A stretch of DNA of 63,772 bases, filler included, from Octopus bimaculoides (taxonomy: Eukaryota): the NCBI RefSeq assembly GCF_001194135.2. It is 8 parts of 8 records of this genome, joined end to end, with 100 filler letters (N's around TTAATTAATTAA, not from the genome) between each part and the next. Parts side by side here need not be neighbours in the genome. Positions count along the whole stretch, not along the records: positions 1 to 24,776 come from NC_068994.1; positions 24,877 to 32,171 come from NW_026436215.1; 6 more parts are not named here. One strand, given 5' to 3'. Below, piece by piece: positions 11,701 to 25,410 of this stretch. The notes under the pieces are model-generated. The model was not told where the DNA came from. It saw only the letters and a list, made by a program, of their open reading frames with translations, and made no database searches. The stretch's first letter is position 1; every line of letters begins with the position of its first letter. The translations under genes and the position numbers were made by a program.

Positions 11701-11788
11701 AATAATCTCTATAACCCTGGGGTCAGTAAGACTCACTGAAGATGAACTTAGAGTTTTTTCTCAAAGTTCGAAATCATGGTTGATTATT
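11701..11788 (+). ncRNA. Type I hammerhead-like motif with interrupted stem I (TMEM127 intron 1, sense)
   Basis: CTGAAGA-T-GAACTT(A)GAG-T6-CTC(A)AAGTTC-GAAA-TCATGG-TT-GATTATT. GATTATT is complementary to AATAATC at 11701-11707. Confidence 0.5.
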
Positions 11789-12465
11789 TTTGTCATTGGT
11801 TCAGGGTTTGGGAATTTTTATTCATTTGCCCACTTTCACCTTTATGTTTAAGTGAAAATTTGTGGTTTGGTCATTTTAACTGCTATATTTAGCATGCCGG
11901 TACTGCTTGTTAGTACCCTTAATTATTAATTGATAAATTTTTTACACATGCTAAACCACTGATATCATTATAAGCAATAATATCATCATATATATGTCCT
12001 TTTGTTGTTTACACCACCTGTCCTCGTCTGTTATTGTGTTTTTCGTAAATTCTCCCATATATATATATATATANNNNNNNNNNNNNNNNNNNNNNNNNNN
12101 NNNNNNNNNNNNNNNNNNNNNNNNNNNNNNNNNNNNNNNNNNNNNNNNNNNNNNNNNNNNNNNNNNNNNNNNNNNNNNNNNNNNNNNNNNNNNNNNNNNN
12201 NNNNNNNNNNNNNNNNNNNNNNNNNNNNNNNNNNNNNNNNNNNNNNNNNNNNNNNNNNNNNNNNNNNNNNNNNNNNNNNNNNNNNNNNNNNNNNNNNTAT
12301 ATATATATATATTCCCTTCCTGTTTCCAAGCAAGGTAATATTTCTCCATAACAAATATATTTACAGAAGATTGGAAATAAGACATCGCTTGTATGATAAT
12401 GACATTCACTTACTATTGTTGTGCAATGTCAAGACAAGGAAACAGACACATACATACATGCATGT

Positions 12466-12523
<58 letters not shown>

Positions 12524-13352
12524 ACACACACACACACACACACATAAAAACTGACGGACATAAACACAACAGGCTTCTTACAGTTTCTGTCTACAAAATC
12601 CATTCACAAGGATTTCACTGGCCAGGGCTATGGTAGAAGGCACTTAACCTAGGTGGCAAGTAGTTGGACTGAAACCAGAACCATGTTGTTGGGAAGTGAA
12701 CGCCTTAACCACACAGCTATGTTTCTGCCATTGTGTGTATATGTATGTGCCTGTATGTATGTGTGTCTATTCAGGGCTAATTATTTTTACATCTCATCAG
12801 TGACCGTGATTTGTGCCTCCAAAACTAATGATGGTAGGAAGAGAGGATGTTGTCCTCCGGCTTGAATTCTTGGAACAGCAAACTTTGCTAAAGGTATCCG
12901 ATGGCTTGTGTCAGTATGAAATCTCCCACCCATATAGACTTTCTTAAGGGATCCAGTGGCCTGGTGGTTGTATCATATCTGACAATGTATTAAATCAACC
13001 ATTTAGTGAAAAATGCAAAGGAAATCTTGTCTCTTATTTTCACTTAAAGAACTGGACATTTTGCTCAGAGAAAGAGTCAAATTGACAGTTATTACAGTGT
13101 TAGATAAAATGCCTCAGGATATTTATTCAGGCCCACTACACTCTGAGTTCAAATCCTACTGTAGTCAACATAGCCTTTCAGTCCTTCAGGGTTGATTAAA
13201 ATAACAATCAATACTTTTTCATTGTGCACTCTAGCAGGTGTAGATGCCTAAGCTATGCAGCTTATCAAGATAAGTGCTATGGCACCAGGGCTCACAAGGG
13301 TCATAGATCCATTTAGTATAATTATATATATATATATATATACACACACATA

Positions 13353-14478
13353 CAGGTACACAATCCTTTATTCAGAATTCTAAAATCCAAAATGCTCCCA
13401 AAACCAAACTTTTTTGTGGAGGGTGGAGCGCGTCATAACAGGTGTTGTTTGGTATGCAAACAGCTGACCACCATGACCAAACTAACTCACATGTGCCACG
13501 TGGCAATGCTTGGCAGGTCAGCTGCTACTTACTGTCAAGTATCAGGTGTGACTTAGCACTCATAGAGAGAAGATGGTCATTTGCTGTTTGCTGTCTTCAT
13601 GTTTTTTGTGACTTTGTATATAATTTACCCTGAAAATGTCAAAAAGAACTGCATATACCCCAACGGATAACAGTGACAATGATGCTCCTGTTGTACATGA
13701 GTGATGGAGAAATTACTGAAATGGTGTTAAATACATATAAAAATGAAGACAATTGTGATGATGACAGAGAACACTGATAAAAAAAATTCCTATAGACGAC
13801 ATGCTGAAAATTTGTGATCAATTAATAGCTGGCCTTGAACAACGTGCATTTATCAGTGAGTAACAGATTATGGAAGTTTACTCAATTAAAGAAACATTGC
13901 TTAGACAGAAACCTACACTAATGAAACATGATACTTGAAGAAGTCTTTTTAAATGCCCTCTCTTGTAGTGCTACTACATCACTTGAGCATCTCATTCCTG
14001 GTTCATCATCAGAAGGTTGTCTGCAACTCAATGACAACATTGATAACACTGACGGATCCTGTTCTACAACTTAACTGCAGCTACAAATTTAGACTAGTTT
14101 GAACCAATTTCTGGCTCAAGCATATAGATAAACTGTAATACAATTTGTAGTCTATCTTTATTAGTGTGAATATTTATGTATCTCTATACCATGGTAATGT
14201 GTACACTTGTACTTGTGGATCATGTATTTTTGTTTTAAATTGTCCCACTATATGTATTTTGTTATTTGTGATCTTAACTATCTCACTATTTCATTTACCA
14301 GTGCATTATGCTATAAATAAATCTTTATTTTTCCCACTGATTGTGTGCTTTTGCTATCATAGTAGGATGTCTGTTTTAATGTCTAGTTTACAATCTGTGG
14401 CAGCTGGCTTTTGTTCTGAAATCCGAAGAAATTCAGAACACAACTATCCCCAAGGGTTCCAGATAAAGGATTGTGTAG

Positions 14479-14481
<3 letters not shown>
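13353..14481 (+). mobile_element. Tigger/pogo-like non-autonomous DNA transposon
   Basis: TIRs CAGGTACACAATCCTTTAT / ATAAAGGATTGTGTAGCTA with TA flanks. Internal decayed C-terminal transposase: DGEITEMVL..IPIDDMLKICDQLIAGLEQRAFISE. Confidence 0.75.
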
Positions 14482-14543
<62 letters not shown>

Positions 14544-14544
<1 letters not shown>

Positions 14545-15720
14545 CAGGTCATTAAGAATGAAATGTCTGATTTTGAACTGAAAGTTTATTTTACTTTATC
14601 TCAACAAAAAAGCAATGCAGTTAATCAAAGTATGCACTTAAATTATCGACACTATTTTGCTGTTTTGTCAGCAGCAAAGAATTCTAGAGAGCAAGAGGTA
14701 ACAAAATCATGAAAGGCTGTTTTTACATCTTCTTCAGATTTGAAGTTTTTTCCTTGCAAAAATTGTCTAATGCCTACAAAACATGTTAGTCAGTTGGTGC
14801 AAAATCTGGTGAATATGGTGGATGACAAAGTACTTCTAAGTTCAGTTCCTGTAACATGTGTAGTATTCTTTGTGCAGCATGTGGTTGAGCATTGTCTTGC
14901 AAGACAATTGGCCTGTCTCTATTGACCAATCTTGGTTGTTTAATTGGAAATTCATCGTTTCATTGCCAGTGAATGAATTGCAAGTTCATCATTTCATCAA
15001 ATTGGTTGATGTTTCCATCTGCTGTAATTAACTTACCAGGTCTCATGAACCTGTAGTGGATCACACCAGCACTGGACCACCAAACAGATACCATTAGCTT
15101 TTTTAGTGAATATTCTTTTTTGGATTGTGTTTTGGCACTTCGTCTCTATGCAACCACCATGCACAATGCTTGCTATTGTTGAAAAGAATCCATTTTTCAT
15201 CACATGTAACAATTCGATGCAAAAATGGTTTGCTTTTAAGCCGTGACAGCAAAGAGCAACAAGTTTCAAGACAACGTGTCATTTGATGTTGGTTCAGTTT
15301 GTGTGGTACCCACTTATCCAGCTTCTTTTACATTGCTGATGTGTTTCAGATGGTCCAATGCAGTTGGATTGAAACATCAAGCCTTGCTGCCGACTCACGT
15401 GTAGTTTGAGATGTATCTGCTTCCACTACAATTTCCAGCTCATCATTATCCACCTTGGTCTCAGGTTTACCACAGGGCTGATTTTCAAGAGTAATGTCAC
15501 CAGACCGGAACTTCTCTAACCATCAACATACAGTGGGCCCATTCACCACATCTTCACCAAACACTTCATTGATATTTTGAGCTGTCCGGGATGGATTGGT
15601 TCCATGATGGAACTCATATTTGTAAACAAGAATTTTTTATCTATCCATGTGTTCAAAAAAATTGATTTACAAGAGAAAACTCACAATATAATTGCATTTC
15701 GAAAAGTGATGATGTAACCC
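14544..15720 (-). mobile_element. mariner transposon, decayed transposase
   Basis: From 15648: ..YKYEFHHGTNPSRTAQNINEVFG..W..KFRSGD..KWVPH..PYSPDFAPTD, with multiple stops and frameshifts. It starts next to a (TA)n tract. Confidence 0.9.
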
Positions 15721-18133
15721 NNNNNNNNNNNNNNNNNNNNNNNNNNNNNNNNNNNNNNNNNNNNNNNNNNNNNNNNNNNNNNNNNNNNNNNNNNNNNNNN
15801 NNNNNNNNNNNNNNNNNNNNNNNNNNNNNNNNNNNNNNNNNNNNNNNNNNNNNNNNNNNNNNNNNNNNNNNNNNNNNNNNNNNNNNNNNNNNNNNNNNNN
15901 NNNNNNNNNNNNNNNNNNNNNNNNNNNNNNNNNNNNNNNNNNNNNNNNNNNNNNNNNNNNNNNNNNNNNNNNNNNNNNNNNNNNNNNNNNNNNNNNNNNN
16001 NNNNNNNNNNNNNNNNNNNNNNNNNNNNNNNNNNNNNNNNNNNNNNNNNNNNNNNNNNNNNNNNNNNNNNNNNNNNNNNNNNNNNNNNNNNNNNNNNNNN
16101 NNNNNNNNNNNNNNNNNNNNNNNNNNNNNNNNNNNNNNNNNNNNNNNNNNNNAGTGTCTGTGTTTATCCACCACCACTTGACAATTGATAAAATTAATTT
16201 ACATAATGTTACAAGGTGGAAAACTCCCAAATGTTTACTAGAGTACCAACACAGAATGAGCTATAGATAATTACTAGCAATGCACCCCGGCATTACCTGG
16301 GTGTTATGACCTACATCCACACTGTATTATTTGTTCCTTTCTTATGAGCAGAATCGGCACACGAGGAGTATGAAGCAAACAATTCTTCTTTATAAACATG
16401 TTTTTCAGTCATTTTCTGATGGACAACGCTGCAGTTTCCATCTACCAAATTCAGTCACAAGGTTGTGGGTGGCTTAAGGCTATCATAGTAAACACTTGCC
16501 TAAAGAACCATGCTGAGGGACTGAACGTGGAACCATGTGGTTAGGAAGCAAACTTCTCAACCACACAGTCATTCTTGCATCTAATATGTGTGTGTGTGTG
16601 TGTGTGTGTTTACATTTGTTGTTAAATCAAGTATTGTCTCCAACTATGTCTCAAGGTTAGCAGTTCATCAAGCAGAGGTCTATAAAATAAATGCCATATT
16701 AAAATGCATACTGAGGTCAGTATGATCAATTAAATTTTTGAAGGTGATACCCTATCATGGCAACAGTCAAAAAATTAAACCCAGTAAAATAATGTTTAAA
16801 GACTTAATGGCTTCAAATTTAAGGTAATGGATTACTAACCACAAGATAATAAGTTCAAAACTTCATATTGAACTTCCACTCTATACGATAACACTATATG
16901 TACATCTCAGTCTACTTGACTTCCAACAATTAACAATTGTAATTTGAAGTTGAATGGTTAGCAGTAAAAAATGTCCAGATTTCTTTAAAAATTATTGTGC
17001 AAGATATTCTGCGAAAAAGTACTTTTTTTTCACCACAACAAACCACATACATACACACAGGTGTGTCTGTGGTAACTTGAGCTACTACAAATAGCAGCCA
17101 AATCTCTCTTAAAACACACCCTTTTATCAAAAGAAAGACAGATTTACAGTATTTCTGGAAGGAAAAAAATAACTATGCAATGGGTCTGCTACATCAGAGG
17201 CTACTCTGGGCTAAACAAAACACAGACAAACATACTTCACATTAAAAGATTATCTACTAAATAATACTAATAAAGTTGATGGTATATATTCGAAGTTTCA
17301 TTCCTTGGTAAAACTCCATGTATTTTAAACATTTTCTCATTATGCTCTAAGACATAAAGATTGTTCAAGCAGAGTTGCCTCCCTTAGCTCAAAATTGTGT
17401 GACCCAACCTTGTTTTCAAGATTCTTTTTGTAGTAAAAAAGAGTTGTTGTGCAAAAACATATTTTAGTGGTAGCTGAAAGATTACTGAATCTTTTGATAC
17501 CTCATACATCAAAATCGGCAACTCAGTTTTTGAATCCATAAGGAACATACGCACACAACAGACACATGCACAAACTCTGTTTTATATATTAAGATATATA
17601 CAGAATCCTTTATTTAAATCTGTGTGTGTGTGAGAGAGTGAGAGAATATGTGTATAGTCTCCACTTGAGACCAAGCCAAAGGCCTGCTTGAAGTCTGACT
17701 TCACAGCAACACAAAATTCATAGATATGACTATATATATGTGCGTGTGTGTTTGTGTGTGCTAGTAATGAACCAGAAGAATGAGTACTCAATGCTAGAAA
17801 GTTGACAGTTCTTTTAGACCTTTTAAAGCTTTCATGACAAAATGTCATTTGTATTTTTGAATTATGATTGTAGAAAATATTGATCTCTGTTAATAGTTAA
17901 CCTTAGGTAGCAAAGAAGTAATAAAAATTCTGTCAATAAGTGTACATGCATGCACAGACCCACACATATTTGTAACCCATGCAGTATTGATATTCCAGTA
18001 ATTTATTAATAGTGAAAATTCAGCTAAACTGTATGAATGCACTTGTTCTTTGATATTCCTTCACAATCCTAGAATCTATCTTGTATCCTTGCAATGCTAA
18101 CAAACTCTCTCTCTTTCTCTCTTTCACACACAG

Positions 18134-18304
18134 TATTAGTAGACTGTATCACCTTGAAAGGGGTGTGGTTAATGAAATCTATTATTGTCTTCACATTCCT
18201 GGCTATTGCATGGAGCCTGTGTTCATTCTTCCTGGACCTTCTTGGGCCAACACAAAGGGGTCTGAAGCTTATCCACAGAAATGCTATATCCAGCATCACA
18301 ACAG
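18134..18304 (+). CDS. TMEM127: TMEM127 coding exon 2
   Basis: VLVDCITLKGVWLMKSIIVFTFLAIAWSLCSFFLDLLGPTQRGLKLIHRNAISSITT versus human [37 protein letters not shown]. CT-rich tract plus CAG acceptor; donor AG|GTATGT; phase 1-1. The exact acceptor is ambiguous (18134/18140/18143). Confidence 0.88.
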
Positions 18305-18830
18305 GTATGTGTTTTTACTCCACTCTTTTACTGATTCTTTTTGTGTGTGTGTGGCATTGATTTTTTGCTTTACTTACATTGCTGGTGCTTTTGGAATATG
18401 CATAAACCTCACACCTCACCAGTTTTCTTTTGCCTACAAAAGAATCATAATCATATGTACACACAAACAGATGGAATACACAATTAATTTTATAGAATGT
18501 GCCTTCATAATGAGCATCATCATCATCACTTAACATCTATCCTCCTCCATGCTGGTATGGATTGAACTGTTTGACGGGATCCAATCAGTCTGAGGACTGC
18601 ATCATATTCCTTTGTCACTTCTCTCCACTGCTTATTTCTTTACTGCCCACAAGGGGGCTAAACATAGAGGGGACAAACAAGGACAGACAAAGGGATTAAG
18701 TCGATAACATCGACTCCAGTGCGTAACTGGTACTTATTTAATCGACCCCGAAAGGATGAAAGGCAAAGTCGACCTCGGCGGAATTTGAACTCAGAACGCA
18801 GTGGCAGACGAAATACTGCTNNNNNNNNNN

Positions 18831-19052
18831 TCTTTACTGCCCACAAGGGGGCTAAACATAGAGGGGACAAACAAGGACAGACAAAGGGATTAAGTCGATA
18901 ACATCGACTCCAGTGCGTAACTGGTACTTATTTAATCGACCCCGAAAGGATGAAAGGCAAAGTCGACCTCGGCGGAATTTGAACTCAGAACGCAGTGGCA
19001 GACGAAATACTGCTAAGCATTTTGCCCGGCGTGTTAACTTTTCTGCCAGCTC
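18831..19052 (-). mobile_element. SINE family B (first 180 bp duplicated at 18640-18820 across a 10-N gap)
   Basis: Reverse complement has head GCGAGCTGGCAGAAA..TTCTGAGTTCAAATTCCGCCGAGGTCGACTTTGCCTTTCATCC. Confidence 0.88.
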
Positions 19053-20052
19053 GCTTGACAACCAGTGTTGGTTTGTTAATGTCCCCTTGACTTGGTTTAG
19101 CAAAGACAATGATAGAATAAGTCACAGACTTACAAAAAAACATACTGGAGGCAATTTATTTGACTAAAACCCCTCAAGGCAGTACTCCTGTCTGGCTGTA
19201 GTCCAATGACTGAAACAAGTAAAAGACAAAGATGCATCATCATCATCATCATCATCATGCGTCCGCCTTCCATGCTGGGACACATATTTACATATATGCA
19301 AATATTCAGTCATACATACATGTGCATGTAAATATACATATATGCAAACATACACACACACGTATGCATACTTTATTGCTCACATTGTCATTTCAGTCAA
19401 TTGTACATTATTCTATACAAATATCTTAGCCTTTACCAAGTCAAAGTAGGCTGCTTACTAAAATGAAGCCATTAGTTTGTGTCAGGGTGGAAAGGTCATC
19501 TGCACTCTCCACAGAAACCAAGGAGAATGAAGACATTAGTCACCACTATTTAAAGGACATATGTCCTATGAACCCTAACCTGCTTCCTTCAAGTGTCTTT
19601 TTGAAGAGACAAGTTATGGTTGAACTCATTTACCTATAATTATTTATTGCAAGGTATGAGCAAGGTTCTGTTGCAGTGATTTTAATTGTGACTGTCGGTT
19701 CATTTCAGGTTAGTTGAACTTTTCCAAATTGTTGCCATTTATGTGTTCTATCTAAAGTATTGCCACATGCTTGAAATTAAAACCCCTCTTTGAGTTTTCA
19801 CTTCGCAGCAAAACTAATATATAAAACAAATCAAAAATAAAGACAACAAAAAAACCAAAAGGACATACACAGTGAATGTATTAGATTGACACTCACTTTA
19901 AGATGGAAAAAAAGAGTTGGGTGTGATGTTTTGAGCATGGCTCGTCATTGGAAAGAGAAATGGTGCAGAGAGAAGGAAATGAATAGTCCAAGAAAAGCAT
20001 GTGTGTGATTACATGGCTGTATTAACAATTAGTATATTGGTACTTATGTAAT

Positions 20053-20276
20053 TTAAACTTTTTAATACCAACCCACTCAAGACCACCACTGAGTCTATGA
20101 TACAGGTTTTTTGTTTTAAAATGATCGAAATTAAATCTTTCCATTAAAGTGTCATGATAATTTAGGTTCCAAACACCAGCTTTAATAGTGACAAAGTTCT
20201 TTGACCTCATTATTTTCAAAATTAATTGACACAAAGATATTGTATTTAACAAAAATATATTAACAAAAGGGTTAAT
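20053..20276 (-). mobile_element. piggyBac-like MITE, diverged
   Basis: Ends in AAAAGGGTTAA and resembles the units at 53298-54175. Confidence 0.5.
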
Positions 20277-20349
20277 AACAGCCCATTTCAATGCTATTTC
20301 AGTGTTTAGTTAAGCAAAGATTAAAGTACTCATTCTTTACTCTTTTTTC

Positions 20350-20755
20350 TTACTCTTTTACTTGTTTCAGTCATTTGACTGCGGCCATGCTGGAGCACCG
20401 CCTTTAGTCGAGCAAATCGACCCCAGGACTTATTCTTTGGAAGCCTAGTACTTATTCTATCGGTCTCTTTTGTTGAACCGCTAAGTTACGGGGACGTAAA
20501 CATACCACCATCGATTGTCAAGCGATGTTGGGGGGACAAGCAGACACACAAACATATACACACACACACACACACACACGTATACATATATACAACAGGC
20601 TTCTTTCAGTTTCCGCCTACCAAATCCACTCACAAGGTTTTGGTCGGCCCCAGGCTATAGTAGAAGACACTTGCCCAAGGTGCCACGCAGTGGGACTGAA
20701 CCCGGAACCATGTGGTTGGTAAGCAAGCTACTTACCACACAGCCACTCCTGCACC
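20350..20755 (-). mobile_element. SINE family A, complete reference copy in TMEM127 intron 2
   Basis: tRNA-like head GGTGCAGGAGTGGCTGTGTGGTAAG...GGTTCCGGGTTCAGTCCC, internal (TG/TA)n linker and tail GCTCCAGCATGGCCGCAGTCAAATGACTGAAACAAGTAAAAG. More than 12 copies occur in the window. Confidence 0.92.
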
Positions 20756-20891
20756 ATCTCAAATATATATATACATTGATGGTACTTTAATTATTAACTC
20801 ATTTCAAATAATAAACCAATTGTTTTATGTTAATGTCTTTGTCTTATTTCTCTCTTTAATTATTTGTTTTGTTTTTCCTGTTTCATTTCAG

Positions 20892-21217
20892 TAATTATCT
20901 GTGTCCTAATCAATGGACTTTGCTATCTGTTGACGATTGAAGTAAAAGATTTACAGTTGAACACCAAGCCATATCCAGGCAACCGTGTCTCTGTGACTTT
21001 CTCTGTTTCCTTCTACCTGATTGCGACAGCCGGTGGCCTGGCCGTACTTGGCACAGCTTGTAACTGTCTCCGTCATTATCCAGTACGCGTCACGTCTGAC
21101 CCAGAACCATTACTTGATGACTATGACCGATTGGAGCAGGTGTTTTACCCACCTGGGCCACTACCAGAGATTGCCTCTATGACCCCTATGGTCCCACCAC
21201 CTGCCTATAGTCCCTAA
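20892..21217 (+). CDS. TMEM127: TMEM127 coding exon 3 (terminal)
   Basis: Acceptor TTTCAG|; ...VSVTFSVSFYLIATAGGLAVLGTACNCLRHYP...PPPAYSP* versus human [32 protein letters not shown]...PPPAYTP*. The joined ORF is ~612 aa. Confidence 0.92.
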
Positions 21218-22562
21218 CTTATTTTTTATGTTACACAATTGATTTTCCCTTCTCCAATTTTATTTTTTAGACATTTCTTTTTCTTTTTGTTTCTATGCCC
21301 CCTTGCCCCTTTCCCCCATTCTCAAATCTTTATGCAGAAATGAAGCTTGTCTGATGTGCTGCCTTACCTGTGAAGTTTGCATGTATTGAACATCTGGAGG
21401 ACATTCAAACAGATGTGCATACATCTGTTGTTGAAGTGTCTGGAGAACCCCAAAGGAGCCGAAAATCTTTTTATCTCATTCATCTACTAATTATTTTGTA
21501 CAAAAATTTCATGATTTTTTTTCTTTTTCATTCTTTTTGTTGAGTTGTTCAATTCTCCTCTTCTGGATATTTAAAAACATTTTATAAGTGTTTGTTGACT
21601 ACAAACAGATGGCATTATAATTAGTGTTGTTGTTTGACACCTGATCAGCACTGACAGGAAGGTCTTACGATCAGAGACGTTCCAACCAGGACCATCCCAA
21701 CATTTTAGAGCTATTCTTGCAGGACTACAATATCCAAAATGTCTGTCCTTCTTTTTTCAGATGGTAGTGTGTGATTTGAAGAAAATTTGGCTTCTATATC
21801 TAGCAGGTCAAAAGACAATTACAGGCACATATTTTTATTGGCTCATTTAATATCAGTGTTAGTCAAACTTCAAGAGCTTTGGCACTGCATCTTTGGACAA
21901 GATACACCACTCCACCTCAGTTGCAGTATATAGAAAAAATTAACTGAGAAAAAATTTGATCATGCTGTCTTGATAATTCTGCCATCAATTTCTTTACTAT
22001 ATGAATATGTGTATATCTGCATATAGTGTGTGTGCATGTGTATGTGTGAATATATAATATACACAAATATGTGTGTGTATATGTATAATGCATGTATAAG
22101 ATGAATATATGTGTGATGTGTGTATATGTATCTTTGTCTTTATATACACGTGTGTGTTTGTAAATTTGTATATATATATATATATGTATGTGTAATGTAT
22201 GTGTGTGTTCATNNNNNNNNNNNNNNNNNNNNNNNNNNNNNNNNNNNNNNNNNNNNNNNNNNNNNNNNNNNNNNNNNNNNNNNNNNNNNNNNNNNNNNNN
22301 NNNNNNNNNNNNNNNNNNNNNNNNNNNNNNNNNNNNNNNNNNNNNNNNNNNNNNNNNNNNNNNNNNNNNNNNNNNNNNNNNNNNNNNNNNNNNNNNNNNN
22401 NNNNNNNNNNNNNNNNNNNNNNNNNNNNNNNNNNNNNNNNNNNNNNNNNNNNNNNNNNNNNNNNNNNNNNNNNNNNNNNNNNNNNNNNNNNNNNNNNNNN
22501 NNNNNNNNNNNNNNNNNNNNNNNNNNNNNNNNNNNNNNNNNNNNNNNNNNNNNNNNNNNNNN

Positions 22563-22601
<39 letters not shown>

Positions 22602-24820
22602 ATCTTGAAGCACATAAGGCTATAATAGCTTAAATATATTGGGTTGAAAATCTTTTTACATAGAAATGGTTGAAAGCTTCCTATGGGTATCTTCTACTCT
22701 TGTCTTAAGCTAACCAATGCCTTGTAAATAAAATTACCAGTTAAAAAATATATTGTGTGTGTATCTAGGTATTGTCTTCATGGTTTTTTTGTGCTCTGCA
22801 TAAAAACAATACCATTGTCTATGTGTTGGTTTCTTTGTTTATAATCTTCTGTAAAAAAATATATCTGGCCATTGAGCTGTTCATTATTTGAGAATCAGGG
22901 GTAAATAATACCCTGAAAGTGGAGGTTGGCAACAGGAAGAGCATCTAGCTATTCAAAAACCACCTGAATAAGTTTTGTCTAATACATGGCAGCATGGAAA
23001 AGTGAACATTAAAATGACCATACACATGTATGTAACTGTTTCTTTGTGTGTATATATGTATAATGTAAATGTATATATGTGTGTAGCCATATTAGAATGA
23101 ATATGCAAGTCATCATTTTGGATCTTGCTGTTCATTTGACAATTTTAAAAATCAGTTGATAGGTATGTGTATTGGATCAGAGAACAATTTGTTCACTAAT
23201 ATTTCAAATAAGACCACTGACAATTGTTAGATTCATTGGTTCAGAGAAACTTCTGGATAATGAGATAACTACATTGAAACACTGGTATCCCAGAATTCCT
23301 TGTAATAATGTATTGCAAAGCAGAAGCTGTTCATCTGTGACAAACAGTGACTAGTGTATTCATGTTAAACTCTGCCAGAATGTATTAATAAATATGCAAG
23401 TCGTCATATATTTATGTATGTATGATATATATATATGCATGTGGCAGTGCTCTTTTGTGGCTATGACTATAATGGTGAAAACAACTAAGAAACTAAAAAT
23501 AACTACATATATACAGATGTACGTTTTATATANNNNNNNNNNNNNNNNNNNNNNNNNNNNNNNNNNNNNNNNNNNNNNNNNNNNNNNNNNNNNNNNNNNN
23601 NNNNNNNNNNNNNNNNNNNNNNNNNNNNNNNNNNNNNNNNNNNNNNNNNNNNNNNNNNNNNNNNNNNNNNNNNNNNNNNNNNNNNNNNNNNNNNNNNNNN
23701 NNNNNNNNNNNNNNNNNNNNNNNNNNNNNNNNNNNNNNNNNNNNTATATATGGCTAAGATCAAGGTCTAATGCCTGCACAAGCATTTAAATTTTATATAT
23801 ACATGTATGAGTATACATACATAATGTAGTTGTGTGTGTGTATATATATGTGTGTGTGTTTGTACACAATGTAATTGGGTAGATACATGTTTAATGCAAT
23901 TGTGTACATAGAATGTTATTTGTGAGTAAATAATTATGTAATTCTGTGTATGTGTGGATCATGGGATTGTGGAAATAGTGTGTGCGATTGATGGTATGGT
24001 ATATTTTTTCATGTACTTATATCTACAGGTGAGAGTATTTTGTAATTATATATGTATATATATATCTACACATACACACTTGTGTATATGCAATTATTCG
24101 TGATGACTGTATATATATCAGAAGAAAAAATCTGGTGCAGGAGCAAACCAAAGACTGAAAACAAGTGACTTATATAAAATATGTATGTACAACAATTCAG
24201 TAAATAAAATTCCAACAATTGTAGATATTTTTCTCATTTCTCAAATGATGGATGTTAATTTTACTTTTTAATTGTATGTAGATATATGTATATGTGTGCA
24301 TGTATACACATATTTGTATGTGTCATCTAATATATCTATATATGTAAAACTGAGAATATCTGTCTGTATGTGTGCATCACTAAAACTCGAGAACTACCCA
24401 TCCAATTTCATTCAAATTTTGCACATACCTTACTTAGGGACCATGCAGTGTCGTGAGCACAAAAATTTTCAACTTTTTGCCTAATTTGAGCCCGGAGCAA
24501 TCTCATCTCTTACACTGTTTCTGTATTACATGTCAAAAGTGAAACAATAACATCTCTGTTAATACTTTCACTATTATATGGTTTCAATTTTAATTACTTT
24601 CATCTATAATATAAATTTGACATGGGCAAGCATTGTATTCTTTCTTGTCTTGAGGTTCACAGCCAAACGGCTAGGTGGATTCGCATGAAAAATGGCACAC
24701 ATGTGGAGATGGGTGCATAGATTGGAATGTGGTTTGTATTTTTTCCTAGCCTCAATAGTTACCAAGAAAATCGATTNNNNNNNNNNNNNNNNNNNNNNNN
24801 NNNNNNNNNNNNNNNNNNNN

Positions 24821-24832
24821 TTAATTAATTAA
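24821..24832. other. Artificial scaffold joint TTAATTAATTAA (also 32216, 36137, 41328, 44704, 58806, 62356)
   Basis: Seven identical 12-mers, each flanked by 44 N on both sides and giving stops in all six frames. Confidence 0.97.
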
Positions 24833-25366
24833 NNNNNNNNNNNNNNNNNNNNNNNNNNNNNNNNNNNNNNNNNNNNGGGGGGGGGGGAGATGGAGTGTGA
24901 GACAGACTAGCAGCGCGGGAAGAGTTTATTGTCTGACCAGGAGGGTTTGACGGAGGAAAAGAGATTTGCAGAGGAACTATAATACATCTAGCTTTCTGTC
25001 TCGTCTGTCTACACAGAATATGTATGTAAGAAAAATATATGTATACAGGTGTGTGTGTGTGTAGGGAGACATAAGCAAATGTTGGGGATAAACAAATTAA
25101 ACAGATCAATATATAAAGTTTATATATATAATGCTATAGAAAACCCCTTTCTTTCTCTATATCATTTCTCTTCTGTGTAAGCCGAGCCTTTTTATATGTT
25201 TACATGCATAAATATTTTTGTATTTCATGTATTTAACATACCTTTATATATTGATCCATCTAACTTGCTTATTCCTAAATTTATTTCTAAACCCGATCAA
25301 GTTTAAATCTCTCGAGCACTACTAAATGTATTCTATTCGAAGAACATTTGGATCTCATCCATGAAC

Positions 25367-25410
<44 letters not shown>

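Noticed and set aside
18640-19030. Identical 180-bp direct repeat
   Set aside because: It flanks a 10-N gap exactly, so it is most likely an unmerged contig overlap.
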